This document shows positions 1 to 11,489 of a DNA stretch of 64,000 nucleotides, in pieces. This DNA is from Eledone cirrhosa (Eukaryota), in contig OZ024742.1 in the NCBI GenBank assembly GCA_964016885.1, forward strand, positions 219,666,001 through 219,730,000, written 5' to 3'. Each line of letters opens with the position of its first letter. Position 1 is the stretch's first letter. The position numbers and the translations under genes are program-made. The notes below the pieces were generated by a model, which was not told the origin of the DNA, searched no databases, and was given only the letters and a program-made list of their open reading frames with translations.

Positions 1-380
1 CAAATATGATCTCCAAACCAGTTGGAAATGACTGGCTTCGTAGAAAAAAGAGAGGGAAATGGGATGGAAAGACCATCAGTTTCCCAAATCTACATTCCTC
101 TTGCATTTGATTGGAAATAATTATTTTTCTTCATTTTTTTTTCAAGTGCATCATCTAATCTGACCTCCAAGATACTCACAATTGACTTTTTTTCCAGATA
201 AGGGTTAGGGTTTGGTCAGATTAATTGATAGCACACGAAAAAAAAAGAAGAAAAATAATTATTTCCAACCAAATGCAAGACGAGTGTAGATTTGCGAAAC
301 TCCGATGGTCTTTCCGCCCCCTTCACCCTTCTTTTTCTACAAAGCTAATCGTTTTCGACTAGTTTAGAGGTCATATTCAT
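1..380. repeat. Long imperfect inverted repeat (foldback): arms ~1-165 and ~213-380, loop containing AGGGTTAGGG
   Basis: Reverse complement of 213-380 (atgaatatgacctctaaactagtcgaaaacgattagctttgtagaaaaag...ggaaagaccatcggagtttcgcaaatctacactcgtcttgcatttggttggaaataattatttttc...atctgacc) aligns colinearly with 1-165; the window edge may truncate the left arm. Confidence 0.85.
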
Positions 381-479
381 ATATAATATGTGAAAAAAAT
401 GCGCATTGAAAACTCAGCAGAGGGGGTTATCCGGAAAAGGAACACCACCTCCACCCCTCCATTTTCTTGGAAAAAAAAG

Positions 480-760
480 TCCATTGTGAGCATCTTGGAG
501 GTTAGATTAGTTGATTGTACACGAAAAAACGGAAAAATTTTTTTTTGATATTATTATTATTGAATAATTTTTGGGGAAACATGTCGGAAACTACAAGATT
601 TGTAGAAAAAAACGAGAATGAAAAGGGCATAAAGACCTTTGGAGTTTCGCAGATCTACACATTTGGAGGGAAATAATTATTTTTCCTCGATTTTTTTCCT
701 AGACCTCTTAGATGCTCGCATGGACTTTATTCCAGTCTTAGGGTTAGATTTAGGGTTACA
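480..760. repeat. Further copies of the foldback-arm repeat (reverse copy ~480-545, forward copy ~595-760 ending in TTAGGGTTAGATTTAGGGTTA)
   Basis: Shares gtagaaaaaa...gagtttcgcagatctacac...gaaataattattttt...gacctcttagatgctcgca with 40-180; a reverse-orientation partner arm lies at ~3385-3560. Confidence 0.7.
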
Positions 761-769
761 TGGCTTGGA

Positions 770-3050
770 AATAATAAGTGTTTCACATCTGACTGGTAAA
801 ATGACAAGTCAGTCAATCATATTGGTGGCCTCCCCACAGCCCCGGCGGACAGAATGGAGAAGGCGTTTCCCAGAGGACGGCAAGGGAGACGCGCTGCAAA
901 AGCCATTCCAGCTCGCGAGGCTCACACCTGCGGCTGGCCAGCTCAGCACCTATGGTGGTGCGTAGGGAGGTCGGGCCGAGGACACCACTGGATGGCATCC
1001 CAAATGCTTTGGGGGGACTTGACGTCAGCAGGGGTGACCTCTACTGGGCTAAGTCCCAGCGGATTCCACATCTCACAGGCGGTCTCACGTTCGTTGATCA
1101 CAGAGGGTTCCATTGTGTTTTGGAGAACCCTGCTGACGAGGATGCGGCATGAGGTTATCAACGAAAGAAACGCCAGCAAAGCCAGTGAGATCAGGGACCG
1201 AAGGCCAAGGCCGCCATACCTGACAGGTAAAGTGGCCTGTTGCCATCCAATGTCATCGAACCTGACGTCGCATATCTCCTTGGCTGCTGCTTGGATACAA
1301 GTATCGAGGTCAGCGAGGAGAGATGTCTGAGTGTAGCACGGAGCGCTGCAAAGGTATGGAGGAGCTTTGGCATGGCGAAGCAGTTCCTTGACAGAAAGAG
1401 GGCTGGGTGGCTGGTGATCAAGCCCAGTCGTTTTGTGAGGGTCTGGAGTTGTTGGAGCCTAGACTAGATGGTGGAGTGGATGGCTGGCGGGTGGATCGGT
1501 GACCCAAGGATGAGGACATCCTCTTGGGGGGGGGGGCGGTCACTGTACCTGGTGGAGAATGGACAGCATGTCCGAGACGGAGGCTGCAAAGCTTTCAGCA
1601 TCGAGGCTGACATTCACCACCTCCGACCTGGACGATTTGACCTGGAGGCCGATTCCCGCCAGCGCAGGAACCACCGATTGTAGGTCATGGCAGACAGTCT
1701 CTACGGGCCCGCTCAATGTAGCATCATCCAGATACCAAACGTTGAGAGGGGCCGTGATACTCCGGGCAATGTGGTCTATACCAAGGACAGATGGTCCTGG
1801 CATATGCAGTTAAAGGCATTCCTCATGTCAAGCTTGACAATGAGGTGCCTGGAGTCCCTGGATGCCGGTTCCAGTGGGCAGCTGTTGAAGAACTGCCTGG
1901 TTGCATGTGCAACCCCCTCACAGCCATCGGTCACGCCGACACCCAGTTGCACTGGACTCCTCACCCAGTTCAGGTGTTATGGACCTGCAGACCATCTTGC
2001 CCACAGCGATGGGGCGTATGCCACCCTCTTTCTTCCTGAGAGCAGTCAGACTAGCCAAAAAAAAAGAGGCCTCGGGCATAAGGGTCCAGTGCGCCATGGA
2101 TAAGCCTATTGGTGAGTGCCATAATTGCACTCAGAAGGCGGCGCCTGGCCTCAGCAGAGAGGGGGGGGGATAGCAACTCCTTGTGGCTTGGTTGGAGACC
2201 ATCAGCACCTCTGCTGCTGCTAGCTGGGAAGGACTTGATGATGGATATTATGTCTGCATCGGAAGCCACAAGGAGCAAGTGGGGATTGGGTGGGGATATG
2301 GGTCTGAGGTCAGCGGGTGGCTCAGGGTGCTTGAGTTGCAGGGTAGCCAGGACCTCCTTGGTGTGTTGGAGGACAGTGTCCTCTGAGGCAACCACTCTGA
2401 CTGCGGCCGAGACATCACACATGATTAATTTAGCGTTTACGCAGTCATGCAAATGCTTGGTGCTGGCCTCAGGGGTGGAGGATTGGGGTCACCCGAGAGT
2501 GGGGATGTGGCATCCTTAGGCACACTTGGAATGGGCGCTTGCCCATAGGACGAAACATTGGCCTTGACAGAGGCTGCTGTCGACCGGTCGCCTCGGTCAG
2601 TGCTAGAGCTGGGGAGGCCGAGAGCGAGTGGGGCGAAATAGAAGAGTCGCTCCCAGTTGTTGGCTCAATTGGAGTCCAGGGCGCTCTCAATGAGAAAGTG
2701 AGGGCATCGGCTACCAGCACCTGGGCCGCTCTCGGGATCCTGAGTGGGATCTTCCGAAACCGCTTGAGCCAAGCGATGTTGACCAGCGAGGCTTGGGCGT
2801 CAGGCAAGCTCGCTGTCTCTTCTGGTGGTGTGCCAGACGGCTGTGGCTGGGCAGACGAGTGGAAGAGACAGTTTCTGTATCTCCCCGATGCGAGGGCACT
2901 GGAGGCTCGATGCATGAAGCCAACACAGGTGAGATGGTGGAAGCGGCTGCACCCCGAACAGTTCCGGCCCCTCTTCCATCTGTTCGTGGTGCTGCAAGCA
3001 GCATCAGGTGTGAGTGGCTGGTTGTTACCAGCCTAAGTGCTAGGCACAAC
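770..3050 (-). mobile_element. Decayed CRE-clade (RLE-type) non-LTR retrotransposon, multiple frameshifts
   Basis: Fragments in successive frames: IKSFPASSSRGADGLQPSH, ASLTALRKKEGGIRPIAVG, QLGVGVTDGCEGVAHATR, VKLDMRNAFN, LNVWYLDDATLSGP (RT catalytic YLDD), PKLLHTF, and C-terminal EPRELEWLLQRVSLAV; these motifs are typical of CRE/Cnl1/MoTeR-like elements; GC-rich island. Confidence 0.85.
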
Positions 3051-3384
3051 CGTGTGTGGGTGGAATGAAAAGTGCTGATAAGAGGGCCTCATAGCTCACC
3101 TACATCAGATATGGAGGAGTCAGAAGACAAGAGAGAAAAGAGGGGATGCATGGAGGGGGACACACAAGAAGGTAAAATGTTAGCAAATAAATAAATGAAT
3201 GGATGAATGTACAAAAAAGAAAACAAGGGGTTGTTCCCAGCGGAAAGACCCAGAGTGCAGCACGCACACATGCGAGCATGGTAGCAGTTAATCCATATAA
3301 CCTTGTGGCTAAAGGTGAGTCTTTCAATCCTAAAAAGATATGTTGTTGTTATTGTCACTGGCTTAGGTCTAAGGTTTCCGTTTT

Positions 3385-3560
3385 CCAGGAAAAAATGTCA
3401 TTTGCGAGCATCTAAAATGTTAGATTAGTTGATAGCACACGAAATTAAACGAAGAAAAATAACTATTTCTCAACAATGCGAAAAAAAGAAAAACGAAGTA
3501 AATATTTTTTTTTCCCAATGAAATCGAAAGGGCGTGGTGTTTTATAAATTTACCAAACTT
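3385..3560 (-). repeat. Reverse-orientation copy of the foldback-arm repeat
   Basis: ttgcgagcatctaaaatgttagattagttgatagcacacgaaa...gaagaaaaataactatttc matches 215-265 and 485-530. Confidence 0.7.
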
Positions 3561-5489
3561 TTTCCTACTGAAATTGAGGTGGTGTACAATATATTTATCG
3601 TCCTATTTGAAAATGGTAGAATAAGGTAATTTGGCTACTATTTCTAGCGGACCGAGCAAGTACGTAAAGGCGCCTCCGTCTCCTATAATTGTTTATTTGT
3701 TTAGTCATTGTCAACGTCAACAATTCCTCTGCAACAGACATAACTCCCAAGCCGCAACTATTTGATTTACTGCCAAACATTTGTTTGCCACCTAGAATAT
3801 TTATTTATCCAGTTCTCACGGCTGAGGTTTGTAACTGAAAATTCCAATTAACTATCACGGTAAAGGTCGATTAATTTTTGATGCACACTGTACATTTCGT
3901 GAGTATTTAAATATCAACACGAATTCACAAAGGTCCATAACTACAGAAACTTGTTTACTTAATTCCACGATCGCAAGGTTAGTAGAATTAAGTTCATATT
4001 TCGTATATCTTACTGATATATGATTACATTGAGTTGGGTTCATATTTTAAATAACTTACTACTTTTATAACTTCATTGATGATTAAATAAATATTATCTT
4101 TATAACATTATTAAAGTAGTTTATGGTTGGTGTATCATAAATAGATTAATTATACTTAATGGGCGTTACCCCTCATCAGGCAGGCAAAATTAGTTTAATT
4201 CTTCAATTTTTAAATATATTTTCAATTTTCGGCACTACAACGCTATTAGCTATCAGTCGTGAAAGCAGGCGAAGTGGAGTTTTCACGCGTTTATTATTTT
4301 TTTTTTTTTAAAGCATATCGATGTAAGTGGAGTTACTTACATGAAAATATAGGTGGTCCTTAAAAGGGCCAAATTAGAAAACAAATTTAAGTTAATTAGA
4401 AAACAAGTCATGGTTATCAAATAAATTGGATTTAATCATTTATATTTTCATAGTCATAGTTATCAATGTAGAAAACAAGTCATTTTCGCCAACAGTGGAA
4501 TTACTTCTGAACCATATGACTGGTTTAGTTCTAGTTCTTATCCTCGATTTATTTGACGTATGGGTGTTTGAATTATAATTATTAGAGTTTCTCTTATATA
4601 AGTTATTATTTTTATGAAGATTAATACTTGGATTATTATTATCTACATATTCTATACCAGATAGAAAAATGCGTACAGCAAAAAAAAGTAATATTGTTGG
4701 AATATAAACCTTAAAAATACAGGACAAGAAACTAAAATAAAACTTTAAAAGAATAGGACAAGAAACTAAGATAAATCTTTAAAGAATTGGACAAGAAATA
4801 AAAAATTTTACAATAATATTAGTGGCAAAATTTTTATTGGTAAAAAATCGAGTTCCACATTCATAGGCTCTCGGTTCCACATTCAGAGGTCGTCGTCAGA
4901 CCGAGGGGATCATTTGATCCTGGTTTGAACACCAATTGGGCCATAACCATACCCTTATTTCATCATTCGGCGACACGCCTCATGTGTCATGCATAATGTG
5001 AATGGACCCATGGGCCCATGAGCACAGATCTTGAGCAGCAGCGGACGGACTTGTCGTCCCGCTCATCCTTGATCTTGACCAACCCGTCCATCTTCTCCTT
5101 GCATCTTGTCCTTGATTTCAAGTCCGGCAGTCCAGATGAATGCGTGCGACAGCTTTCTGGTACAGGAAGGGGGAGCAGGAAGACGGGAGGGAGGACCGGT
5201 GGTTGAGGGAGGTGCCGTAGTCGGTGGTCAGAGTCGACATCTTGTCCCGGTCGTCTTGAACACAAGATTTATCAGCAAACTTTGATTATAAACTTTTTCC
5301 CGCTAAACCAAATTTCTAGATTTTTAAGCCAAAAGATGCGTAATGATCTACTGTTCATGCTCACATAAGTTTTATCTCAGTTAAATAAAGCAGAGCCGCG
5401 CTGTACTGTCGTAAACAGACGATTGCCAACGAAAACACGACTACAACAATATTACTAAACGGACTACCGTCCGTTTAGGATTATTCACA

Positions 5490-5820
5490 TTTCCTGCTCT
5501 TTTTAACGCGTTGTTGTAGTATTCAGCGTTTTCATCGAATATAGCTTTATTGGTTGATATTTTATTAATTCGTTTTTGCACACTATTTACTATAGCTTTT
5601 TTACAGATTTAGGGTGATTGGAATGGTTACTAACATAGTTTAAGTTTTCATTGGGCTTATGAAAAGGGTAATAGAAGCCAGTGTTTAAGTTAAACGTAAC
5701 GTCTAGGAAATTAACTATTTTGGTACCATTTTCTACTTCTAACTTAAGGTCGTACATTTTAAAGAATTCTATTATACTTTTCTTTACTCTATTTAGTTCT
5801 ATATTGTTGTGTTTGACCAC
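5490..5820 (-). mobile_element. Penelope-like element reverse transcriptase fragment
   Basis: KIVNFLDVTFNLNTGFYYPFHKPNENLNYVSNHSNHPKSV, followed after a disruption by ...FDENAEYYNNALKRAG; this is the typical PLE RT domain 7/thumb; a possible continuation (RIRTRTKPVIWF) lies at ~4500-4660. Confidence 0.8.
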
Positions 5821-5839
5821 CGTAAATAAAATATATATA

Positions 5840-5870
5840 CTAGACGACCCGTGACCCGTTGGGTCACATT
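5840..5870 (-). mobile_element. Helitron 3' terminus (non-autonomous element probably extending rightward through the microsatellites; 5' end not defined)
   Basis: Minus strand reads GTGACCC-AAC-GGGTCAC hairpin, then GGGTCGT-CTAG|T, the canonical Helitron 3' end. Confidence 0.65.
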
Positions 5871-5986
5871 CACTTCAAAATATCTTTAAAAAATAATGTT
5901 CACTTAAAAATAATTTCTAAATAGTTAAAATATACACAGACATGTATATGTGAAATGAAACTGGAAGGCTCATATATATCTATATA

Positions 5987-6001
5987 TGTGTGTGTGTGTG
6001 T

Positions 6002-6071
<70 letters not shown>

Positions 6072-6200
6072 ATAGTGGGTGTCTGTGATCTATATACAGT
6101 AGTCAAGGACACACACTCACACATATATACACAACACCACCACCAGCTCTCTCTCTCTCTCTTCCATTCTCTCTCACAACCACTATCACTTTCTCTCTCT
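5987..6200. repeat. Compound microsatellites (TG)n, (TA)n, (CT)n
   Basis: Direct reading; long (TA)n at ~6009-6060. Confidence 0.9.
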
Positions 6201-6489
6201 CTGTTTATAAAGGTACCTGGAAAACCCCCATATCTAGGGAACCCGTGCTCCAATTTACACAAAACTTGTTTTATTCCATTTGTATTCCCATTTCATGGTG
6301 AACTTTCTTTCAGATCTCTCTGTGAGATCAATATGATGGTCATTGTGATGTCAGTATAGTTGTCTCTATACTGTCTCAAAAACAAAAAGAAAAGAAAGTC
6401 ATGTCCAAACCATGCCAGCATAGGTAAAAAATGGATGCAAAAACAATGATAATGTAAAAAGTGTCTTGAACCTAGAGGTTCATCAGACT

Positions 6490-6700
6490 GATGGTTATCC
6501 TGGTTTCCCTGGCATGAAGTGACTGAGATTACATGACTTCCCTATGGACAGGACACCAGTTTATCGCACGGTTAAACACTTGGTTTGTGCTGGTGGTCAT
6601 TTTCAGCTGAGTATACTGGAGCAACATGAAATGATGTGTTTTGTTCAAGAACACAACATACAACTTAGTCCAAGAATCGAACCCATGACATTGAAGGCCA
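6490..6700 (-). mobile_element. Degenerate tRNA-derived SINE (family B)
   Basis: Reverse complement of the 10847 SINE body: cagctgagtatactggagcaacatgaaatgatgtgttttgttcaagaacacaac...gaatcgaaccc. Confidence 0.65.
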
Positions 6701-7009
6701 CACATTTTTATAAGAGGCAAATAGTGGAGTGAATTAACCACACTGTATGACTGGTATTTATTTGTCTGACATGGCATAAAAGGAAAATTAAACCATAGCA
6801 GGATTTGAACTCTGGATGAATCAGGTTAAAATGAAGTATTGTGAGATATTTGGCCCATCAATTTATTATTGTTGTTATGTATTTGCTTCCATGTTTATTA
6901 GAATTTATTATAATAGCTTATTTAAGCTCAAGAGACAGAAATACAGTGTGACATGGAAAGTATAAAAACTATTTGTTTAATACCAACGAAGTACATATTG
7001 ACAAAGATA

Positions 7010-7660
7010 TCCTTTCCTCTCCTTTGCTATGCCCACATATTCCTGAGAGGGTTGTAAGAGGAGCCTATTGGAGGCAACCATCAAATGATCCAGCTGGACT
7101 CCCAAGTGAGACCATCTGAGATTTGGGATGTTATTCAATCATCTTGCTCATGGTCTACTTCTTGGTCAGTTGGTTTTGTACATTAAAGCTGTCCTATTAT
7201 TCTTTTCTTAGATAGTCTAACCATTTTCTGTGATCTCTTCATGTGAAGAAGTTGCAGCTCTACCTGGAGTAACTTCTTGATCTCAGAGCTATGCACCTTA
7301 TCAATTAATGTTATTCCAGAGACCCTTCAGAGGACCTCATTTCAGCCACTTGTATTATTTTGGTCTACCTAAGATTCATGACCATCGGTAAGGTTGGGTA
7401 TGAATAATGAATTGAAAATAGTGAGTTTGACTTTTACACTTAACTCCTTCCTTCTGATGTCAGAATGCTGAAGCTGGCACATTACTACACCAACTTCTAC
7501 AATTCTTGCATTTAATTCAGCTTCTTTTTTTTCCATCACTTATGAAAACTGCCCTGAAATACTTGACGTTCAAGAAGCCTATCCCTCAGTCTCATATTCC
7601 TGCAGAACCTTCCACAATAAGTCCTGTGACATGCACTTTCGAGGTTCACAATATTAGCTA
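7010..7660 (-). mobile_element. Highly decayed RTE-like LINE fragments
   Basis: Minus strand near 7570-7650 gives DLLWKVLQEY.. (RTE RT region following DLEKAYD); remainder only weakly recognisable. Confidence 0.4.
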
Positions 7661-7786
7661 AGATCAAATAAGAATTGATCAATTCTAATTAATTTAATAA
7701 TTTACTGTAGTTAAGACTCAATGTCTTCAGAATTGATCAATGGTCTATGAATATTCTTTTTTTTTTTTTCAGGTTTCATTTTTAAA

Positions 7787-8446
7787 ATGTCTGATTCCAC
7801 AGGCCTCACCTTTGCAAGTTTCCGGCCCTGTCCATTTTGTCAAAGAGTCTGGATTGCTCTTTTGGAGAAAGGTATTCCTTTTAAATATAATGAAATTGAT
7901 CCTTATAACAAGACTGACATATTTTTAAAATTAAATCCAAGAGGCTTGGTGCCAGTGATGATACATGATGGTAACGTTATATATGAGTCAAGTATATGTA
8001 TGGAATACATTGATGATGCTTGGCCACAATATCCCAAAATTATGATGGAAAAACCTTTTGACAAAGCTCAGGTTCGCATCTGGGGTAACTATGCTGCAAA
8101 TGAAATAATTCCAGTATTTTTTTACATTCTGAAATCAGATCCTAAAACGCTGGATGAAGTAAAGAAATCTTTTGTTGAAAATCTTGGAATTTTTGTGAAA
8201 GCCATGTCCCCAACTGGAAACTTTTTCATGGGGGACACATTTTCATATGTTGAAATGATGTTGTATCCATGGATACAAAGATTACCAGTGTTAAAACACT
8301 ATAAAAACTTTGAAATACCATCTGATATTGATTGGTATCCTCGTTTCCAGAGGTGGTCCATTGCTTGTTCTGAGAGGAGAAGTGTGAAGCCTACTGTTGT
8401 TGATATTAAGGAATTGATCACAGTTTTTCAAAAATATGGGAAATAA
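7787..8446 (+). CDS. Glutathione S-transferase, cysteine-type (omega/DHAR-like), 219 aa, uninterrupted CDS
   Basis: N-terminal CPFCQRVWIALLEKGIPF, NPRGLVP cis-Pro motif, IYESSICMEYIDD G-site motif, C-terminal FFMGDTFSYVE..LYPWIQR; full GST length; good Kozak (aaaATG); splice acceptor (t)nCAG ending at 7772 just upstream implies a 5'UTR intron; AATAAA at ~8595 and ~8638. Confidence 0.93.
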   Translation: MSDSTGLTFASFRPCPFCQRVWIALLEKGIPFKYNEIDPYNKTDIFLKLNPRGLVPVMIHDGNVIYESSICMEYIDDAWPQYPKIMMEKPFDKAQVRIWGNYAANEIIPVFFYILKSDPKTLDEVKKSFVENLGIFVKAMSPTGNFFMGDTFSYVEMMLYPWIQRLPVLKHYKNFEIPSDIDWYPRFQRWSIACSERRSVKPTVVDIKELITVFQKYGK

Positions 8447-8757
8447 TAAGTTGTAAAAGGAATACACTAATGAGAATTTTAAAATCATATTTCATATTGA
8501 ACACAATATTTTATGAATTATATTTTTAATAGAACCTTGTATGTTTTATTTTATTTCTTTGCATTTTTTCCAAATTATGTAACTAAAATAGGAAATAAAT
8601 ATTTGAGAAGTATCTAAAAATTGTTTTGTAAATTTGCAATAAATTTAAAATTTTCCAACTTTGGAACCACCTGGTTCTTAGCTCCATCCCATTGCAATTG
8701 TTTTCTGCTATAGCCTGGGGACAAATAATGTCTCCAGCATGATGGGTAGAAGCCCAT

Positions 8758-8799
<42 letters not shown>

Positions 8800-8929
8800 T
8801 TTCCTGATGATTTCTCATGAATGAAACAATTCTAGTTCCGTAGAAGTAATTTCTATATTAATGTATTGAATATCTTTTTTTAACTGTGGTTACCTCCTGT
8901 GGATACATCAGGAATCCACCTATGTATAT

Positions 8930-9380
8930 ATGTGTGTGTGTGAATTTTGTATATCTAATAATATACAGTATGTTTTCAAATAAACATTTGGAAAGCTTTC
9001 TATTGAAAAGCTGACAACTAGCGCCATCTAGCGGATTCCAGCAGAAGTAGTGGGGGACAACTGCCAATGCATTTCTGGCTCTAGTCATCACAAGGACAGT
9101 GCTTCCCCACTCTCTGCTAGAATTTGAACAGGTGAAAATATATAGTCTTTTCACCTATGTAGATGGGCTGATTAGCCTCATTTGCATATGGAGCTGTACA
9201 AGCTGGCTCAGCTTGAAAGTAGAATTTAAGTTTTTGCTCCAACATAACTAATACATACAAATTTGTGAATTTCATAATGATATGCGGTATGTTTACAAAT
9301 AAACATTTGGAAAGCCTTCTAGTTATGAATATTGAAAAGCTGACATCTAGTGCTGTCTAGTGGATTCAAACAGAAGTATT
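8930..9380. repeat. Diverged direct repeat (~110 bp units at ~8940-9050 and ~9265-9380)
   Basis: aaataaacatttggaaagc..ttcta...ttgaaaagctgaca.ctag.gc..tctag.ggattc.a.cagaagta occurs twice. Confidence 0.75.
9018..9034 (-). promoter_or_regulatory. Candidate CTCF-binding motif CCGCTAGATGGCGCTAG
   Basis: Close match to the bilaterian CTCF core consensus in AT-rich DNA; binding not demonstrable from sequence. Confidence 0.4.
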
Positions 9381-9893
9381 CCTATCTAGGTGATCTCATC
9401 AGCAGCATGAGTGAATGTATCGAAATGTTGTCTTGTTCATATGTTACAATTTTGGGTTTGGTTTTTACGGCTGGATGCCTTTCCTAATAGCAACCACTTC
9501 ACAGTGTGTACTGAGAGCATTTTATCATGATTCTGGCACTACCACCTTACAGGGTGGGCTGAGTGCTTTTGTCATGGCACAACTGCCTTACAGTTAGATC
9601 TCGTGCTTTTCATGATGGCACTACCACTTTACAAAGTGAGCTGGGTGCATTTTTGCATTTTTATCATAGAACCATCACGGAAGAGCTGTTGATATGGGAT
9701 GGGGGTTATACTGCCATAGAAGAGGAAGTGTCAGGCTATGAAGAGAGAGAATTATATCTAGTGGTATATTGTGAGGTGTGCCTGGTTTTCCATACTCACT
9801 GGATTATTGCACTTCTAAAAACCAGAATGACAAAGGAGTAACTGTAACTGGATGCAGAAAAATAAAGTATATATTTCTTTTAAAAGAAATTAA

Positions 9894-10078
9894 TTGTTTC
9901 TACTTTTGGCACAAGGCCAGCAAATACCCAGTGCATTACTGGTACTTTATTCTATCGACCCCGTAAGGATGAAATGCAAAGTTAACCTCGGCGGGATTTG
10001 AACTCAGACGATAAAGGACTAACTCTATGCTGCAAAGCATGGTGTCCGACTCTCTACTGATACTGCCAATCCACCGCC
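9894..10078 (-). mobile_element. tRNA-derived SINE (family A)
   Basis: Minus strand GGCGGTGGATTGGCAGTATC (A-box-like)...GAGTTCAAATCCC (B box)...; flanked by imperfect TSD tcttttaaa(a/t)gaaattaat; at least five other copies in the window. Confidence 0.85.
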
Positions 10079-10846
10079 CTATCTTTTAAATGAAATTAAT
10101 AACACAGAGAAATAACTGTTTAACAAAGGGTGATAACTATAAACAACGTGTTTATTAGACAACTGATGATAGTAATGGAGTACAAGATACCATTGTCATG
10201 TGAAAAGTAGCTGTTGTATATATTGAAAGGATCCAGGTCAAGTAATTGATACTGTATACTTTGTCCAGATGATGGGTGCACAAAAAGTGTAGTGAGAAAT
10301 CTATCAAGTTGACTGAAAAGTAGGGATGTGATAGGTGTACAGGAATAGCTGGTACACTGAGAGAAGTAGTAGAGATGTGGTAAACATACAGGAGTATGTA
10401 ACAGAAGGAACACACATGAAATAAAAGGATAAACATGTGTCTAGATGAGAGTCTGTACGTATGCATGTATATATGTTAACATACAGACATGCAATATAAG
10501 CATACACACACATAGATATACATTGTATTCCTATTCATTATGAGTGTGTCATATATCATCATCTCCATTTTATGTCAATTCTTCCATGCTAGCATGGGTT
10601 AGATGAGTTGTCCTATTGTGGGCAATGCCAGGTGAGGTCACCTTGTCTTGCTCATACAGAACTGATTTCGGCTTGATTTCTATATAGGAGTAGTACTAAG
10701 CCACATCTCAGGTAATATCAAAATACAATCACACGAATTCACTATATTACAGTTTGATGACAATCTTTAGTTGTTCCAGGAGTGTTGCAATCCTGAAAAT
10801 TGTTTCGGCCAAGTAATTCAGAATTAGCATGAATTAATATATATAT

Positions 10847-11185
10847 GGAGGCACATGGCTTAGTGGTTAGAGCATTGGCTTTGCAATTGAAAGGTTGTGA
10901 GTTCAATTCTCAGACCGGGTGATGTGTTGTTTCCTTGAGCAAGGCACTTTATTTCACATTGCTCCAGTTTACTCAGCTGTAGAAATGAGATGATAGGGAT
11001 TGGGGTCCCTTTCATTCCACTGGAAAGTGGTCGTGGAGGTGCCACGGCTAAAAAGCACCCAGCGCTCACTGTAAATGAGGTTGATGTTAGGAAGGGCATC
11101 CAGCTGTAGAAATCAAGCCAGTATCAATTCCCGTCCTACCCTTGCCAGCAGGGAAAAAGCGGACATAAAATGAAATGATGAATGA
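10847..11185 (+). mobile_element. tRNA-derived SINE (family B) with RTE-LINE-derived 3' tail
   Basis: A box TGGCTTAGTGG, B box GAGTTCAATTC, body ccttgagcaaggcactttatttcac; tail gttaggaagggcatccagctgtagaaa...ggacataaaatgaaatgatga homologous to the 3' end of the LINE at 47678-48868. Confidence 0.8.
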
Positions 11186-11489
11186 AATGATATAAAACGT
11201 AAAAAGCACTTAAGATGTGTGCCTATTGCAAGATTTTAGTTACCTCAGTCTAAAACTGCATAGGTTTTTACAATCACTTTTACATATTAAGATACATACA
11301 TGCATTTATCGCTCTCTTTCTCTTTCACACACACATATATATATACACATACTCATTAAAACAACATGGATGATTTGCATAACGTTGAGTGCTTTATTTA
11401 ATTTGTTACATCATCATTCAACAAACCAAACCACCAATTCTACCCATTGATAAACAGCTTAACATAAATTATATATATATATATATATA

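Noticed and set aside
639-3068. Many overlapping plus-strand ORFs
   Set aside because: Antisense or alternative frames of the GC-rich CRE element; no independent protein motifs
4987-5265. GC-rich island with short ORFs between Penelope fragments
   Set aside because: No motif recognised; probably part of an unidentified repeat
5900-6359. ORFs rich in YI/HT/LS dipeptides (also 39326-39573, 44416-45187)
   Set aside because: Translations of microsatellites
10847-10920. tRNA gene
   Set aside because: A and B boxes are present but there is no complete cloverleaf, and the sequence continues into a repeated SINE body
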